A stretch of 64,000 nt of DNA from the human T2T-CHM13v2.0 reference genome, Homo sapiens. Made by a program: the position numbers and the translations under genes. Under the pieces are notes generated by a model. It made no database searches, was not told where the DNA came from, and saw only the letters and a program-made list of their open reading frames with translations. How positions within the stretch are numbered: position 1 is the stretch's first letter; each line of letters opens with the position of its first letter. Positions 24,600 to 39,588 of this stretch are shown piece by piece. Location: assembly GCF_009914755.1 (NCBI RefSeq), contig NC_060942.1; one strand, 5' to 3'.

Positions 24600-27500
24600 A
24601 CTACAGTCCATTCATACTGTTGGATATTGTTATTGTTCATTCATTTTGACTGCTGCATAATGTTCCATTGAGTAAACTGAATCACGTAAACTGCTTATTC
24701 ATTAACTATCCAATTGATGGGCTTTTGGGATGTTTCCAGGTGGTCATTACTGTAAAGAATACTGCTATTAACACTTTTTTACATGACTCTTGATGCTCAT
24801 ATTCTCTTGAATATTTTGGGGATGCATACCAAGGACTAAAACTACATCATAGTGTATGTTAATGTTGAACTCTAGAAATAATGTCAAATTGTTTTGCAAA
24901 GTGGTTGCAACTACTTCCATTTCCACCAGGAATGTATAAAAACTCCCATGAATTTATATGCTCTCCAACATTTTTACCATCAGACTTTTAACTTTTTGTC
25001 GTCATTTGAGTGTAAAGGTAACTCACTGTGGTCTTAATTCCTAATTCTTACTTTCCTAAATAAAAATTTCATTGAAGACCTTTTTATACGCTTATTGGTC
25101 GATGACTTTCCTTTTCTTGAAAATGCCTGCTCATGATTCCTGTTTTTTCCATTGGGTTATGTTCCACTTATTGATTTGTAGAAGTTCTTTATATGTTGTT
25201 GATATTACCTCACTGTCAGTAACATATATTGCAGATATTTTCATCCAGTTCATAACTTAACCTTTTTAAATTTCTTTATGGGTGTTTTCCAATTAACAAC
25301 GTTCCTAATTTTTATATATTGAAATTTGTCAATCTTGTCTATTATAGTCAATGCATTTTTTAAAATCTAGTTGGAAAAAATCTTTCCTAGCCCATGGTCT
25401 AAAATAAGTTTTCTACTAAGAGTGTTAATATTTTGTTTTTGACGTATATGTCCTTAATCGTTTTGAATTGATTTTTGCATATGTTGTAAAGAAGGAATCC
25501 AATTTCATCTTTTCTCATATGAATAACACTTTTTCTCACTCTATTGATCAAGTAGTCCCTCCTTTCTTCACTGATTGCATACCATTTGTCATATATTAAA
25601 TTTCCATGTTTTGCTTATCCCTGCCCCAATATCAGACTGTTTTAATTACCATAACTTAATATTGTTCTAAAACCATTGCTCTTCAAAATTCCTCTTCTAA
25701 AATGTCTTGGCTATTCTCAGATATTTCTTCTTTCATATAATGTTCAGAATAATTGCATAAAACTCTATAGTAATATCCTGTTGAAATTTTGACTAGATTT
25801 GTGTTAAATCTACCAACCAATTTGGGAAGAATTGACATTCAATGATGTAAAAGAGCAATCATTTTATGATGCTCAATGATTTTGTGGGCCATGATTGAGC
25901 AAAAGCCCAGCAGCAATGGTTCTCAATTTACCATGACATCTGGGACCTCAGTGGGAAGACAAAGGCTGGGGTGACTCAATGACTGGGAGCTGGAGTCATC
26001 TGAAGGTTCATTCACTCATGTCTGGGGTTGAAACTCAGCCAAGACTGTCATGCAGAACTCACGGCCTCCTCCTGTGGCTTCATGGCTTTCTCACAACATG
26101 GTGGCTTGGTTCCAAGGGAACCAGTAGGAAGCTGCATCATCTTTTATCATCTAACCTTGGAAGTTATATCATATCACCTTTGCCATAGAATTACAGACCC
26201 CACCTCTAGAGTGGGGAAGCATCAAAGTCACTTTTTAAGAAAAGTAAGTGGGATAGGAAATACTGTCCTGGCTATCTTTGGAAAACAAAATCTAAGTAAG
26301 TCTCCCTCTCTATTCACACAAAGCCTAACCATATCAAAAAACAATCTGTCTTGTTTTTAATAGGAAGATTATAATCATGACGTTGATTTCTTTAATAGCT
26401 ATAGGACTATTGAAGTTTATTTTTGAGGACATATGTAGCAAATTATATTTTCCCAAGAACTCATCCATTTCATTTATGCTTGCAAATATTCTAGTATAGA
26501 ATTGTTGATAATATCCTAGTGGTATCTCTTTAATCTCTATCTGTATGTATGTCCACATTTACCTTCATTGTATTATTTGTATCTTTTTGCTTTTTTAGTT
26601 GATCATTTTTGGCAGAAATTTGTCTAATTACTGCTCTTTTTTCCAAATAACTGATTTTTTTTTTTGTTTGCTTTGTTGATTTCCTACATTATGTCTTTGG
26701 TTCTATTTCATTGACTTCAGCTCTTGTTTTTTCATTCTCTCTCAAACTTAATTTAGGTTTAGTCTTTCATTATTTTTCAAACTTCTTAAAATAGACATAA
26801 TGTAGCTCATTAATTTTGAGACTTTCTTCTTTTATATAGATTTAAAGCTAAAAATTTCCCACAAAAATTTTAAAAAGGGAGAAAATTTTCACTTTTACTG
26901 CATCCCACAGGTCTTTAAGTGCGGTGTTTTCATTATCATGCAGTAAATTTCCATTGTGGTTTCTGCTTTAACTTTTGGGTTATTTAGAAGTGTGTCTTAA
27001 AAATTTCCAAATATGTAAAGATACTATCTTATTGTTAATTTAATCACATACTGGTAAGACTTCTTCATCTATATGGACCTATTCTTTGGAATGTATTGAG
27101 ACTCTGTTGCCTAATACCTGATAATTGTAAATTCTTCATATGAAACAAGTAAAAATGTGTTTTCTTTAAATTTTGGTTGCAGAACTCTGTATATACCCAT
27201 TAGATCAAGGTTATCAATTGTATTATTTAGATTTTCTATATCCTTTCTGAGTTTTTAACCTGCTTAACCTATGAGCATGTGCAGAAATCTAGTCCCTGTG
27301 ATGGCAGGTTTATCAAATTATCCTTGTATTTCTACCACTTTTTCCTTCATATACTTTGAGGTTATTTTATGAGATGCATGCATGTTTAAAATTGTTACAT
27401 CTTCTTGGTGAACTGAATAGTTTATCATTATAGTGATCTTTCTCATCTCCATTTCAAAAAAATCTTGAAGTCAATTTTATTCATGTTAGTATCAGTTGAC

Positions 27501-28560
27501 AGTAACTTCCAATTTTATCTGGGTTACTTTTTTTCACTCTTTTATTTCACCCTTGTAAATAATACATATTTAGATTTTAAAACTCAATCTTTCAAGTAAG
27601 TTTAGTAAATGGACTAAACTCATAAAATCAAGTTCATCTTTCATTTATAAGTTTAGTCCATTTACTTTTACTGATATGCTTTTATGTTTCTGTCATATTT
27701 ATTCTTTTAATTTGTCCGTTTTTTTCATCTTTTCTTAAAAAAAAAAAACCCACCTCAATAACAAGGTAGCATTTTCTTACATCCTTTGTCCTTCCCTTAC
27801 CAATGTCCATCATGTTGCTATCATCTAGTTAATTTTCTTTCAGTACCTTATTGAATAATGTACATATAACATGCACAATTTTAAAGACATTTTACATATG
27901 CATACACCTGTGTTACCATAACCTGAATCAAGGCATAGAACATTATAAATCAAGGTATAGAAGACATACGGTTGCTTTGTACCTTTGGGTCAATACTCCA
28001 CCTCTAAGTTACCGTTATTATGATTTCTGTCACCAGAGATTAGTTTTGTCTGTTATTGAACCTCATATAAATGAAGTACGTATAAACTTTAACGTCAAGC
28101 TTTTGATCAGTTTCTGATGTTTATACATAATGTTATACAAAATTTCTCAGCATTTTATTTTTCATTGTTGAACAGTATTTCGTTGCTTAAATATATTGCA
28201 ATTTATCTATCCATTCTTTTATCGATAGGCATTTGGGTTGTTTCCCAAATCTGGGGCTTGGGACTATTATAGTATCATTTCTATTTAGTATACATCTAAT
28301 TCTCAGAGATTTCCTCAATCTTGTTTTCTAATTCATTAATTCATAACTCAACTGTATCTATTCTTAGTTCTACCTATTGTAGTCTTTCAACTTTTATATT
28401 TGTTGCACATATTTTCTGCTCTTTTTATGTTTTCTTGTTTGGGGTTCATATTTTTAATTTCTTTCTTCATCTCTTTCAATGACTTTGACTAATTTTAAAT
28501 TTTTGTTTCATCTGTTTTAATGTTTCTGCTTCTTTTTGAAAACCTACTTTCAGCATGTTG
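24600..28560 (-). mobile_element. Degenerate antisense L1M(E/D) fragments with an MLT1 LTR at about 25850-26290
   Basis: T-rich L1 antisense character. ORF 26334..26558 contains YYQQFY...NEMDEFL.KYNL (L1 ORF2). Confidence 0.65.
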
Positions 28561-30299
28561 TTTTCCTCAAATGTCCTGTTATTTTGCCCGATAAGTTCAT
28601 TTTCCTCTGGAGTATCAGGCAGGTACAGTGGAAGGCCAGCCCTTAGTTGCATGAGTCCAAGACAGATCAAGGGGTGCATAAGCCTATAATGGATAACTAG
28701 ATCTAGGCTTCAATCAGTCACTCCCGACTCCCAAAGCACCTTCTTCTCTGTCAGGTCCTCGCCCTTTGCTCCCCCAATGAGAAGCATTAGGAAGAAATGT
28801 TTTGAGACTGTAGTGCCTATGTCTGTGGGGGACTGAAGTGGCAGAGAATAGAAGAGCCTAACGGAGATCAGGGAGACCCACCCTTTTTCCCAGCTCCTCA
28901 CAAGCACAGAGGTTGTGTTGCTGCCCAGAGTTTGCTCATGAGCACACTTGGACCAGAAATCTAAACTGCCAGGGGCAGGCACTGTTTTCCCCAAGGCAAT
29001 GGATGGGAGAAGTAAGAACAGCTCCCACTACTGCCTACCTCCCTTACACCTGTCTTCCCTCTCATAGTCTTGCTGGGCTGTCTGCAGCCCCCGAACAAAA
29101 GATACATCCCCCACCCCCAACACAGCAGTTCCAACAGCTCCCCCATGACTCAGTTGGTTTCTTACAATTCTCTCTCCATCCTAAAGGAAATTTTGGGAGC
29201 GGGATCAGCAGTCCTGACAGGTCAACGTCTTGGTCAGCACTAGCCCCATCTCCCTAACCACTTCGAGGCTTTAAATCATACCTAGCTCATGCTATACATG
29301 TTGGATCTACCAATTGTGAATCATACTTTGTATTTAGAGCTTCTTAATTTGGGTCAAAACTCAGAATCACCAAATGAGAGATGCAGTATCCTCATTCTTC
29401 CACATAGCAGCTGCTGCTAAGAAAGATTTAAAGTGATACAATGAGAGATGTTATTCCCTATTGTGATGGTACCAAGAGAATATGCATTTCCACCAGTTTT
29501 CATTAAGTCAAGTTACTACGTTCCCTTTCAGCCTTTACTGCTGCCCCCTCCTCTCTTTCTGTGCAAAGAAAATACTGTCACATTTATTTTAGTCAAAGTC
29601 AAGTTCTTACAGTGCCTGCTGCTGCACACTAAGAAGCAGGGCCTGGAAGGAAGCTGACAGGTGATCTGTTGATTTGTACCTTTCACACAGCATGGGTAAT
29701 GCAAATTGCCTGCTTCTGTTTTCCCACACTGCTGGAGTCGCAGCTTACACATTTTTCAGAATTTACTGTTGTTTCAAAAAGCTGATGCCTACACTCTATT
29801 CCCCAAAAGAATGTACAAGTAAGATTCCTAGTTAAAAAAAAAAAAAAAAAGGATCCTTAAAGTTTAGATTGGCATCTGTTTCATGTGGGTGCTAGTTTTC
29901 AAATCCTAGCAAAAATATTGTTTTTTTTTCTCCCTCTTCACTGAACTAAAAGAGAGTTTAAGTATTTTAAGTGTTTTAAGCTGTACTTCTTTTTTCAGTA
30001 GACAGAAATCTATTCCATAAAAGAAACACTTACGGTTCTGCAAATTTTGAAAAAGTCAATAAATTTTGAACCTAACTTACACGTGAAATTCTGTAGCTTT
30101 GCCTAATAAAGTCATATTCATTCATTTGATATATATTGAGCACCTGCTTTGTGCAAGGCGTCATGAGAGGCGGGGAGTTACAAGCTCAATCAAAGGTCAT
30201 GTCTTTATGGAGATAATGGGTATGAGAATCAACATAATATGAGGGCAAAAGGGCTAAGGGACCTAAAGATTTAAAACAACAACAAAATTAAAATCTAAA

Positions 30300-30433
30300 A
30301 GAGTTGTGGAAACTCAGAGTAAACCATTCCTTCCCAGGTGGGGAATCTGACACAGCTTCATGGGAGAGTTGTGGAAACTCAGAGTGAACCATTTCTTCCC
30401 AGGTGGGGAATCTGACACAGCTTCATGGGAGAG
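30300..30433. repeat. 65-bp tandem duplication (2 copies, 2 mismatches)
   Basis: agagttgtggaaactcagagt...cttcatggg begins at 30300 and again at 30365. Confidence 0.95.
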
Positions 30434-30999
30434 GTGACATTTTGGCCTTTTACAACAGGCAGAAAAATGTAAATGTGAAAGTGGGTGGAGGTGCACTCTG
30501 GGGGAGGAAAGTTGAAGAATTAAAGAGGTAGGAGAAGAACAGGCATAGGATGAGCAAGCCAGAGAATCTGAAGAGGGCATGAGGGTAAAAGGTGAGTTGA
30601 GAACAACGTCCAGGCAAGTACACATATCCTCGGGAAAACTTTGTTCTAACAATAGGGAGCCAGGCAAAGGAGTAACCACGAAAACAAACAAAAGGCAGTT
30701 CAAAGTTTGAAGAAATCTCAAAAGGTCATAGAATGGCATAGCCTCTCTTACTTGGCCACCACAGAACAGATTTGCTCAGATTAAAGAATTCTCTCCATTC
30801 TCCCAACAAAACATCCTGGCTGATGCCAGAGCACATGAGCAGGGGAGGGACAAAGTGGGTGGGCATTAGTGCCACTCTCTCTGGCTTCCCTTAGGTGAGT
30901 TTCATGCTTACGGAGATTTGGCTGTGCTTGTTCCCACACCATTTACATCACTTAGACTTGTTATTGGAATTACAGAATTTGGTGAAATATTAATGACAA

Positions 31000-31350
31000 G
31001 TGATCAGAAAAATAATTGTTACTGTAAGAACTAAGTTGAATGTTTTGCAAATAATTGGTAACAAGGAGTCACTTAAAAATTGCTATTGAATCTGGTGTGG
31101 CAAGTCAACTACAAAATAAAGTAAAAAATGGTAGAAATCTGGAAGAATTCTTAAAGGAAAGAAAAAGATCTGGAAGAGGTTAGTTTGGGTTGCTTTAATA
31201 TGTGCCTTAGTATTTGCTCCACTTTCAGAAACTGAAACTGGAAATTGTCCAAATGCATTAGGTGTGATTTATGATAAAAAAAAAACAGTATTAACACCAA
31301 TAAGGGAACTATACTCTAAAAATGCCTCAGCCCTTAATCAAAAGTTTGTG
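31000..31350 (+). mobile_element. Degenerate Tigger/pogo-like transposase remnant
   Basis: Loose similarity to the CENP-B-type N-terminus of old Tigger families; not verified. Confidence 0.35.
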
Positions 31351-34300
31351 GAATGAATATATATTTACATACATAAAATATATATATTTAGATACATATA
31401 TATGTATGTAATATATATTTAGATACATATATGTAATATATATTTACATACATAAAATAAAATGTTAAAGGTACATATTTAAAATGTTGCAATTAATTTT
31501 ATTTTTCAATTAGCCAGTTTTAAATTACTGTCTGTGAAAATGCTGGCAATCTGTTCACATCAACCATTCTATTTCCCAGCCTCATTTCTCCCTGAGGAGA
31601 AGGTGGATCCTGACAGCTGATGGCTGCATTTCATAGGCATAAACTCCACAGAAGGCATTTGGCTTTACACTGGAAAGGCATCTGACTTCTTTCTCTGACA
31701 CTAATATTTTTAGCTCTGAATGCAGCTAGAACTAATCACAAAGTCTAAATGCAGACTGAATAAATTCAATAAGCATCTAATCTTATTTACTTGGGAAGAT
31801 AATCCTTTTTTTTTTTTTACCCCTAATTACATCAGTTTTCTCTCAAATCAAGAACATTGGTGGACACTGGTGGTTGCTGAACCAAACACCACCTCCCCTT
31901 CTCTATTAGCAGTGGCCTGTGCTACTGGATCTGGCAATGTGCCCAAATGAGGGACAACAATTCTTGGCCTCTCTTGAAGCTTTGAGTGACCATGTGCTGT
32001 TCTGTCTGAGATGTGAGCTCTAGTTATTGGACCTGTCTTTTGGGAAGGCTCCTTAAAGGGAAACACAGCTGAGGAAGTCCTTTTCCAGCCTTTCTCCTTC
32101 CTGATGTCCATGAGGTAACTTCCTAAAGGAAACGTGCAAAGACAGAGAGAGCAGAAAAGCAGGCAGTTGAGTCCCTGAGGACACTGTTAGCTATAGACTG
32201 CCCATGTGTGCATTTCCTGGGATGCAAACAACAACAACAAAAAACAATAAAAATAAAAAGAAACTCCTCTCTTAGTGAAGCCATTATTATTTTGGAGTTT
32301 CTCCTCAGTGAAATGTGGCTATTCCTAGCAGATACAGAATATAACTTTAAACCAGGTATTATACCCATAAACTGATTCTTTGCAATCTGATCTTTATGAA
32401 TATGACCAGAAAACAATTAAAAACAGTAAGTTCCCATTTTATAATCTGTTTACTTCCATGGTAAGCCAAAGAAAGAATGTTCCAATAAACTGTTTGAAGA
32501 AACAATGATTTCAGAATTTACACAGAACTGCAAGCAATCTGCTACCAGACTACCAAGTATCGCTGCCCAGAAGAACCCAAGTGGGTGCAGATACTCCAAA
32601 GGCACAAGCATTGGCAGAGGCCAAAGTGAGGTAAGGATGCCACTGAAAAGTAGAAATGTGTCAAAGAACATTACCTTGGAGTCTGTACTAAAACACTTTT
32701 TTTTTTTTTTAGCTTTCACACAAAATTAGTTAAAAAGAAATTTATTGAATGTTACCATATGGGTATTTTGTAAAACATGGATTTAAAGATTTTTTTCTGA
32801 AGCAGATTCCTCCAATGTGGAAGGAGCAAACAAAATGCAAAAACGAACGTTGTTGGAAACATTTAAAGTAGGATCACACTGAGCTCCTTCTGTGTTGCTG
32901 CCAAACCTCAGACTCCCGGGGTCTTGGCATAGCCTTTCGTACATCTGAGCCTTGAGGCCCGGCGAAGTCCCACACAGCCCTAGGTGCGGGACTTGAGTTG
33001 TATAAGGAAACTTGAGTTGTAAAAGAATTTCCTAAGAGAAATTTTAAGTTAGGAAGAATAAACTCTACGTTCCCCAAAACTAAGTTTCCTAATTGACCAA
33101 AGCAATAGCATTTTATCATCCATGCCCCTTAGTCTTTGGATAATGATCAATGGGAAGAAAAAAAAAATAGCTACTCCCAAATTGAAGGATTTTTTTTTTA
33201 AGCTAAGATTTTGTTTTGGTTACTAAGGTTATAATTTTTTAATCTTCCATTTACACAAGTCAGATGGAAAAAGAGCAAAATTTTGCCAACTGACACTCAA
33301 TCAAGACAACATGACAAGCAGAACAAAATGTGCACACCCCAGGTGTATATAATGCCTGTATGCAGTGCTTTGTGAGACTCGGGTTCTCAATGGTGCCTTG
33401 CCAAGTGTCTGGGCAATCAGTCATCCCAGGACTGTGGACATGCACTCCACCAAGAACCAACAATCCTTTTGGGATGCTGGAACCTTAGTTGTCACAGCCC
33501 AACTCACTTTCCAGCACATCCCCTCCCAGAGGGGAGGAAAGTTTGCAAGGACACAAAAGATTTGAAGTTTTTGCTTAAACAGATGTTTTTGAGAATTTTG
33601 TAAGAATAAAAAATCACTGATAACATCTAAGGGATAACTATGTACCAGGCTAAGCACTCAGTCCTCTCACCAACTGCACAAGGTAGGTGTCCTCAACCCC
33701 AGTTAGCCTTGAGCCTGTCCCAGGTTTCCAACAATTGCAGTGGTGAGGCCAGGGTTAATTCCTGGTCCACAGGACTCAAGAGCCCTCTACTCTTAACCGC
33801 TCTATTATGCTCTCTCATTCACTGAGATAACTGCAAGCAGATCTTAATGCAGAAGCGGGGATGCCAGTCATTACTCTTACCCATCACTCTGGCAAATCCG
33901 AGGAACATCACGGGTCAAGAAGCAGACCTGGGGCTCTGGCAACCTCAAGAAATGGGGAATACACAAGGTGCAGCCCCAAAGACTGATGATGCAAAATGAC
34001 ACGGATGAAGAGTCCATTTAACACTACAAAGGAAAATTGGTGATCTGGAGTTAAATAGGCAAAATTCTGTTTTGTTTTTTTTTTTTTTTGCTCCATTATT
34101 TATAGAACACCAAAAAAAGAGGTACATTCAGCTATTCATTTCTGTAAGTGTTTTTAGGAAGAGTGGCAAAAGGGTCTAGCCAGGTCTGCTAACACCACTT
34201 TCCTACTAGCTTCCTGTTTTCAAAACTAATGGCTGCCTCCTCCCTCAAACTGCTCAAGTCTTAAGCCCAGAAGCCTCAGTATCAATGTCTGCACTTCATG

Positions 34301-34581
34301 TGTGACGTGGCACTACCTTTTTGTGCTTCCATAGCGCACATACACTAACTCAGCCCACCAAAAATGCTAGGATATGGAGAAATTGGACACCATGAAGTAT
34401 GAACTAGTCCCCTGCACCTATTTCCTGGATCCTTGCTTAAACTTGGGCAGGTGTGAAAGAAAAAATACTTGGTTCACATTCAAGAGACCCAGATTCAAGT
34501 CCTGATTTCATCAGGCAGCAGTTAAGTGATATGAAATAATTTTCGTGTTCTAGGCAGTTTTCTGTAATCATGGGGATTAAT

Positions 34582-34712
34582 CAGTGGTTCTCAAACTGTG
34601 GTGAGCAGAACCTGGAGAGCTTGCTAAAAATTCTCCTAGACACAAGTCTGCCTCATTGAGCCCAGGAATCTGCATTTCAGTGCACACACCTGAGGATTCT
34701 GATGCTGGTCCG
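34582..34712. mobile_element. MER5A-type hAT element
   Basis: cagtggttctcaaact... gcccaggaatctgcattt... gattctgatgc motifs. Confidence 0.7.
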
Positions 34713-36079
34713 CAAGGGAGAGGCAGGGCAGCTGCTACAGCAGTGGGCCAGTCACCTCAAGGCTCCTGCTGAGACGTCTTCCCCACTGGCTGACGGTGCA
34801 TAATCCCAGGAGACCCAGTTGCAAGGACTCTCCCCCAGGATCTGGACCACAGCGTGCACCCGAGCTTCACATTCCTGGACACCAAGAGAGGCAAACGCAA
34901 GTTCCCCTAAAGCCATGGCCCCTCTCCTTTCTCCAAGGTCTGCAGTCCTCCTGGGCTTTGGTAGGTAACATTTCTGGGTGGTTCTGACTACTAGGCTACA
35001 AATCTCCCTCTGGTACTACTGTGAACTGCTAGGGAAAATGATCAGTTACAACAATTCTTCCTGGTTCCAAGAAGATGAGGTAGTGCCTACTCTGATATGT
35101 GAATCAGTCAATCAATGAACCATAATATAATTTCCCTGAAGAGAACAAATTTTTGTTGAAAAATGGTGTTTATCTATAAGATTCAAACACAAAAAGAGAT
35201 ATTTCAGTGGGGGTGGTAGAGGGGCAGAATAAATGGTTTATAAAGAAAAGTGGTTTATAAAGAAAAGCAAACTTCTTCGCAGTTATCCTGGGTTCCAACC
35301 TCCACTTCACTGATAACCAGCCACAGTCAATGAGCACATTACTTAACCGCTCTGCGCCTCCGCTTATTCACCTGGAACACAAAGACATTAGTAGTATTTT
35401 AGAAAAAGATAGATTAAATGATAAAAGTTCCGAGAATAATAGCTGGGACATAGAAGGAGGAGTTATAAAGGAGTTATGAAGGGAGTTAGAAATTCATTTC
35501 ATTTATTTATCAGTGAGGGCTGATTAGAGAATTCCAGAAAAATGGCAAAAAATATAAGATATCGGGAGAAAAGGGAAAAATAATTCCCAAGATTCCTGCT
35601 CTCAGAATTGACGAGTTTTCCGCTACACATTAACTTGGGCAGCTCAGAAACTTCTGAGCTTCCTAGATTTATTTTTCAGATCTCGAATCAATTAATTCTC
35701 AGACATTACAAACTTAACTGTTACTATTTCTGTATTTAACATAAATTTTGTCATACTTCCAGCTTAAATAACATCATTGCTTATTTTATTGCTGTTAGCA
35801 ATTTAACAGCACTTAAAATGATATTTTTCTTTCAGTTTTTCTGAAAACATTATCCTAAATGAATATATATGTATACATGTATATGACATATATGTATATA
35901 CAAACATATATATATTAATACTTCACCTTTTATTTCTCTTACACACAATTTTCTCACTTTCAAAAGTGTTGGGAAAGTTGCTGAAAGTGATTAGTACTTG
36001 ATTTTGGTTTAAGTGCGGAATTCAAAACTACAGGTTAAGTAAGATTATGTAATAGAGTATAGAGCTTGTTCCTCCTGCA

Positions 36080-36388
36080 TTTTTTTTTTTTTTTTTTTTT
36101 TTTTGAGACAGAGTCTTGCTTTGTCACCCACGCTGGAATGCAGTGGCATGATCTCAGCTCACTGCAACCTCCCTGCCTCCCAGGTTGAAGAGATTCTCGT
36201 GCCTCAGCCACTGGAGTAGCTGAGATTATAGACGCTCAAGACCAGGAATGGCTAATTTTTGTATTTTTAGGAGAGATGGGATTTCACCAAGTTGCCCAAG
36301 CTGGTCTCAAACTCCTGGCCTCAAGTGATCCACCTACCTCGGTCTCCCAAAGAGCTGAAAGTATAAGCATGAGCCACCAAGCCCGGCC
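36080..36388 (-). mobile_element. Alu just downstream of the RTTN poly(A) site
   Basis: T25 tail on the plus strand, dimer, TSD about ctgcattttt. Confidence 0.93.
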
Positions 36389-36876
36389 ATCTTCTGCATT
36401 TTTCAGTCTTACTCTATTCTTCATGATGTTTTGGGCTGAGCTAAATTTGAACCCAGGCTTATACAGCCCCAACTCTATTTCTTTCTTCTTTATTACACAG
36501 CCTTGCAGAAGACAACGGTGAAGATTATACATGTAATGATTTAAGAGTCATCTAGGAAGAAGATAACATCACTAAAACTTGCCTAAGAAAGCTACTTACA
36601 AATCATGTACATTTACTTCCACACAGCCCTTTACAAATAATGCACACTTACTTCTACATAGCCCTTTTCCAGTGTGGATGCTCTGGATAACAGAAAGTTT
36701 TGAAAATAAGGATTTGCACTGACAGAGCCAAATTTTACATCAGTTAAAATTTAAAAAAAGAGAGAAACAACCAGGACACAGTGTCTTATTTCAACTCCTA
36801 AAATTAATATTCATGAGACTGATAAAAGTCTGTAAGCAGCAATTATTAGTCAATTTTTAGTTTCTAAAAATATTGT

Positions 36877-36882
36877 TTTATT
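36877..36882 (-). terminator. RTTN: RTTN polyadenylation signal AATAAA (3'UTR about 340 nt, cleavage expected near 36860)
   Basis: Plus-strand tttatt at 36877-36882, about 320 nt past the stop codon. Confidence 0.8.
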
Positions 36883-37200
36883 AAATAACTGTTAAATAGG
36901 ATTTTTACAAAATAAATGGCATAGAAAAGGGTAAAAATGTTTATGTTCCCAGAACTTTCTATGCCTTTTCAACAGAAAGGAAAAGGCACAGAAAGTTGTC
37001 AGCTGCTATTACTTCTGGAGAGCTGCCACAACTGGACGGTGTTGGAGTATCACCAGTTCTCTCTCTCATGGGAAAGAAGGGGATCAACACTTTGTAGAGA
37101 GGTAGCACGTCTTCAGGTAACAGCTGCTACACACAGCTGGCTTCAACTTTAGCTCCCCTGTTGATGACTGTCAGCTTCAAGGTGTAGCATCCCATGGCAC

Positions 37201-37401
<201 letters not shown>

Positions 37402-38246
37402 CTAAGTTCTTGATGTAATAGCATTCCAGAATATTTTGCATTTTTTAAAAAATAAACAAGTTACAAAATTAATATTTTTTTAAATTAACAGCTTACCCAG
37501 AGTATTTTTTAAAAAGTACCCCCCATAATGGATACCATTAACTATAATTCCAAATGAACGCCATTAATCTTTTTTTATGTACCATCCTTCCTAAAGCATA
37601 ATCTTTAACTTCACTAGCTCCAGAAATTCATGGTCGCAGCTAAAACAAACTAAAACCTCCCCTGCTTAAAAAAAAAAATCAGACTATAAAAACACAAATA
37701 ACCAACAGATATATTACAGTACAGGAAAGACACAATTCAGTGTTTTAGCATAAAAAATGTTCAGAGAATAACGCTCACTGAAATTTGGTGTCACTAAAAA
37801 TGAATAATGTGCTTTGAAAAGAAAACCGTCTCTAGTATTGTGACCACATCACAGGGAAACGTGGATATAAGGGTAACAGGATCAATTCTTGGAAGACTGT
37901 CCTCCAGCTCCCTGATGTTGATCCAGGTTTTCTGCTCACAGTTAATTCTAACTGGGCCAGTTCTTATCACTAAGAACATACTTCAGCACAGTGGTCACTG
38001 TTGGCAAAGAAAATTTAGTACAAAAATAAGACGAAGATCACAGATGCATTTTTAGAAGCAATCACATCTTAAACCTTCATCTATCTATTTTATTATTTTA
38101 AAAAATGATATAATTAAAGCACATACTGAATATTGGCACATTTTACAATGCCATTTTGCTGTGGCCTGTCCAAATATCTCATTAATCAGAAAATCCACTT
38201 AATAGCTTCTGAGTTTAACTATAATCTCTTTCTTATTGCAACTTAC

Positions 38247-38316
38247 TTTTCTTTGCTAAGGAGTATGCTTCATCCACTCTTCTTTTTACTGATGGGCTTT
38301 TCAAAGCTGTTTTTGC
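38247..38316 (-). CDS. RTTN: RTTN exon 48 (70 nt), AKTALKSPSVKRRVDEAYSLAKK
   Basis: Acceptor gttctag|GCA, donor A|GTAAGT. Confidence 0.96.
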
Positions 38317-39381
38317 CTAGAACAATCCATTAATTAGGTTTCTTGCCATGTGTTATGGATCATGATAGCAAAACACTAATTCTGCCCATTGCTAACTACA
38401 GTATTAAACAGAATATTATGAAATATAATAATATAACTAGAGAGTTCCATCTTAGCATAATACATCCTATTGAGCCAATCCCCTTGCACATTCTGAAGTC
38501 TTGCCCATATCCTCTTATCTAACTTGATTCTTTCTCTATTCCCATTTTCTTTCTTCCCTTCTCCTTTACTCCTTCTCCCCTAATCTCAATTTGCTATTTT
38601 AAACTAGTCATCCTTGGTTTCAGTTTTTCATACTCCCTCAAACCTCAGATTTCTGATCACATATACCAAATATTAGCAGTTGGTCAACAAATATTTACAG
38701 AGTGACTACAAAGTGCCAAATCCTGTGCTAAGCTCTGGGGATACCCAGGTGAGAAAGAAAACAACACCCTCTTGTCCTTGTGTACGTGACTCTGGCCAGC
38801 AGGGAGAAAACTAGCCCCGGCAGAGACAGTCAGCTGAGAGAACACCATTCTAGGATGGCTGTCTATCCTAACACTGTCACTTGGCTACTACTTAATCACT
38901 AGATACTTATGGGTATTTCTCTTGGGAACAACATGTCTGCAATAAAGTGGAAGTCCAAAGGCCAGAGAAAGAGTAGAACACAAATCTCCACGTTGCCTGC
39001 CCTTTTCTCAGAGCAGGCTTTGGGCTGCAGTCGTACAAGAACTGAGCTAGATAAAGGGGAATTGTACAATTGGATAAAACTTTTGTTACTCAGTTTTACT
39101 TTAAGATGTGTTTTCCCTTGATACGTCTTTTAGAAGAAACAATCTATACTAAAATTGCAATAATAAAGTAAATCAATTTAAATTAAGAGGAAAAAGTCAG
39201 TTCAGAGATTCTCTTCTAAACTGAGACATTCTGTTGAAATGATTAAATAAAAAGATTTCAACTGATGGTTTACTAATTGTATGAATCAGCAAAGGGAACA
39301 TGGATCTTTGATTTTGTCTTTTTTCTTTTGCTGTAACTCTTGACACCTTTGGATGTATCCTAAGAGTTTATACCTGGGTTA

Positions 39382-39588
<207 letters not shown>

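Noticed and set aside
31357-31456. TA-rich quasi-repeats (also 2250-2290, 15478-15526, 46696-46756)
   Set aside because: Ordinary low-complexity slippage duplications with no further structure.
32444-32760. Segment followed by a T-run that could be a processed pseudogene
   Set aside because: No recognisable protein or TSD. More likely an old DNA-transposon remnant, and not assignable without a search.
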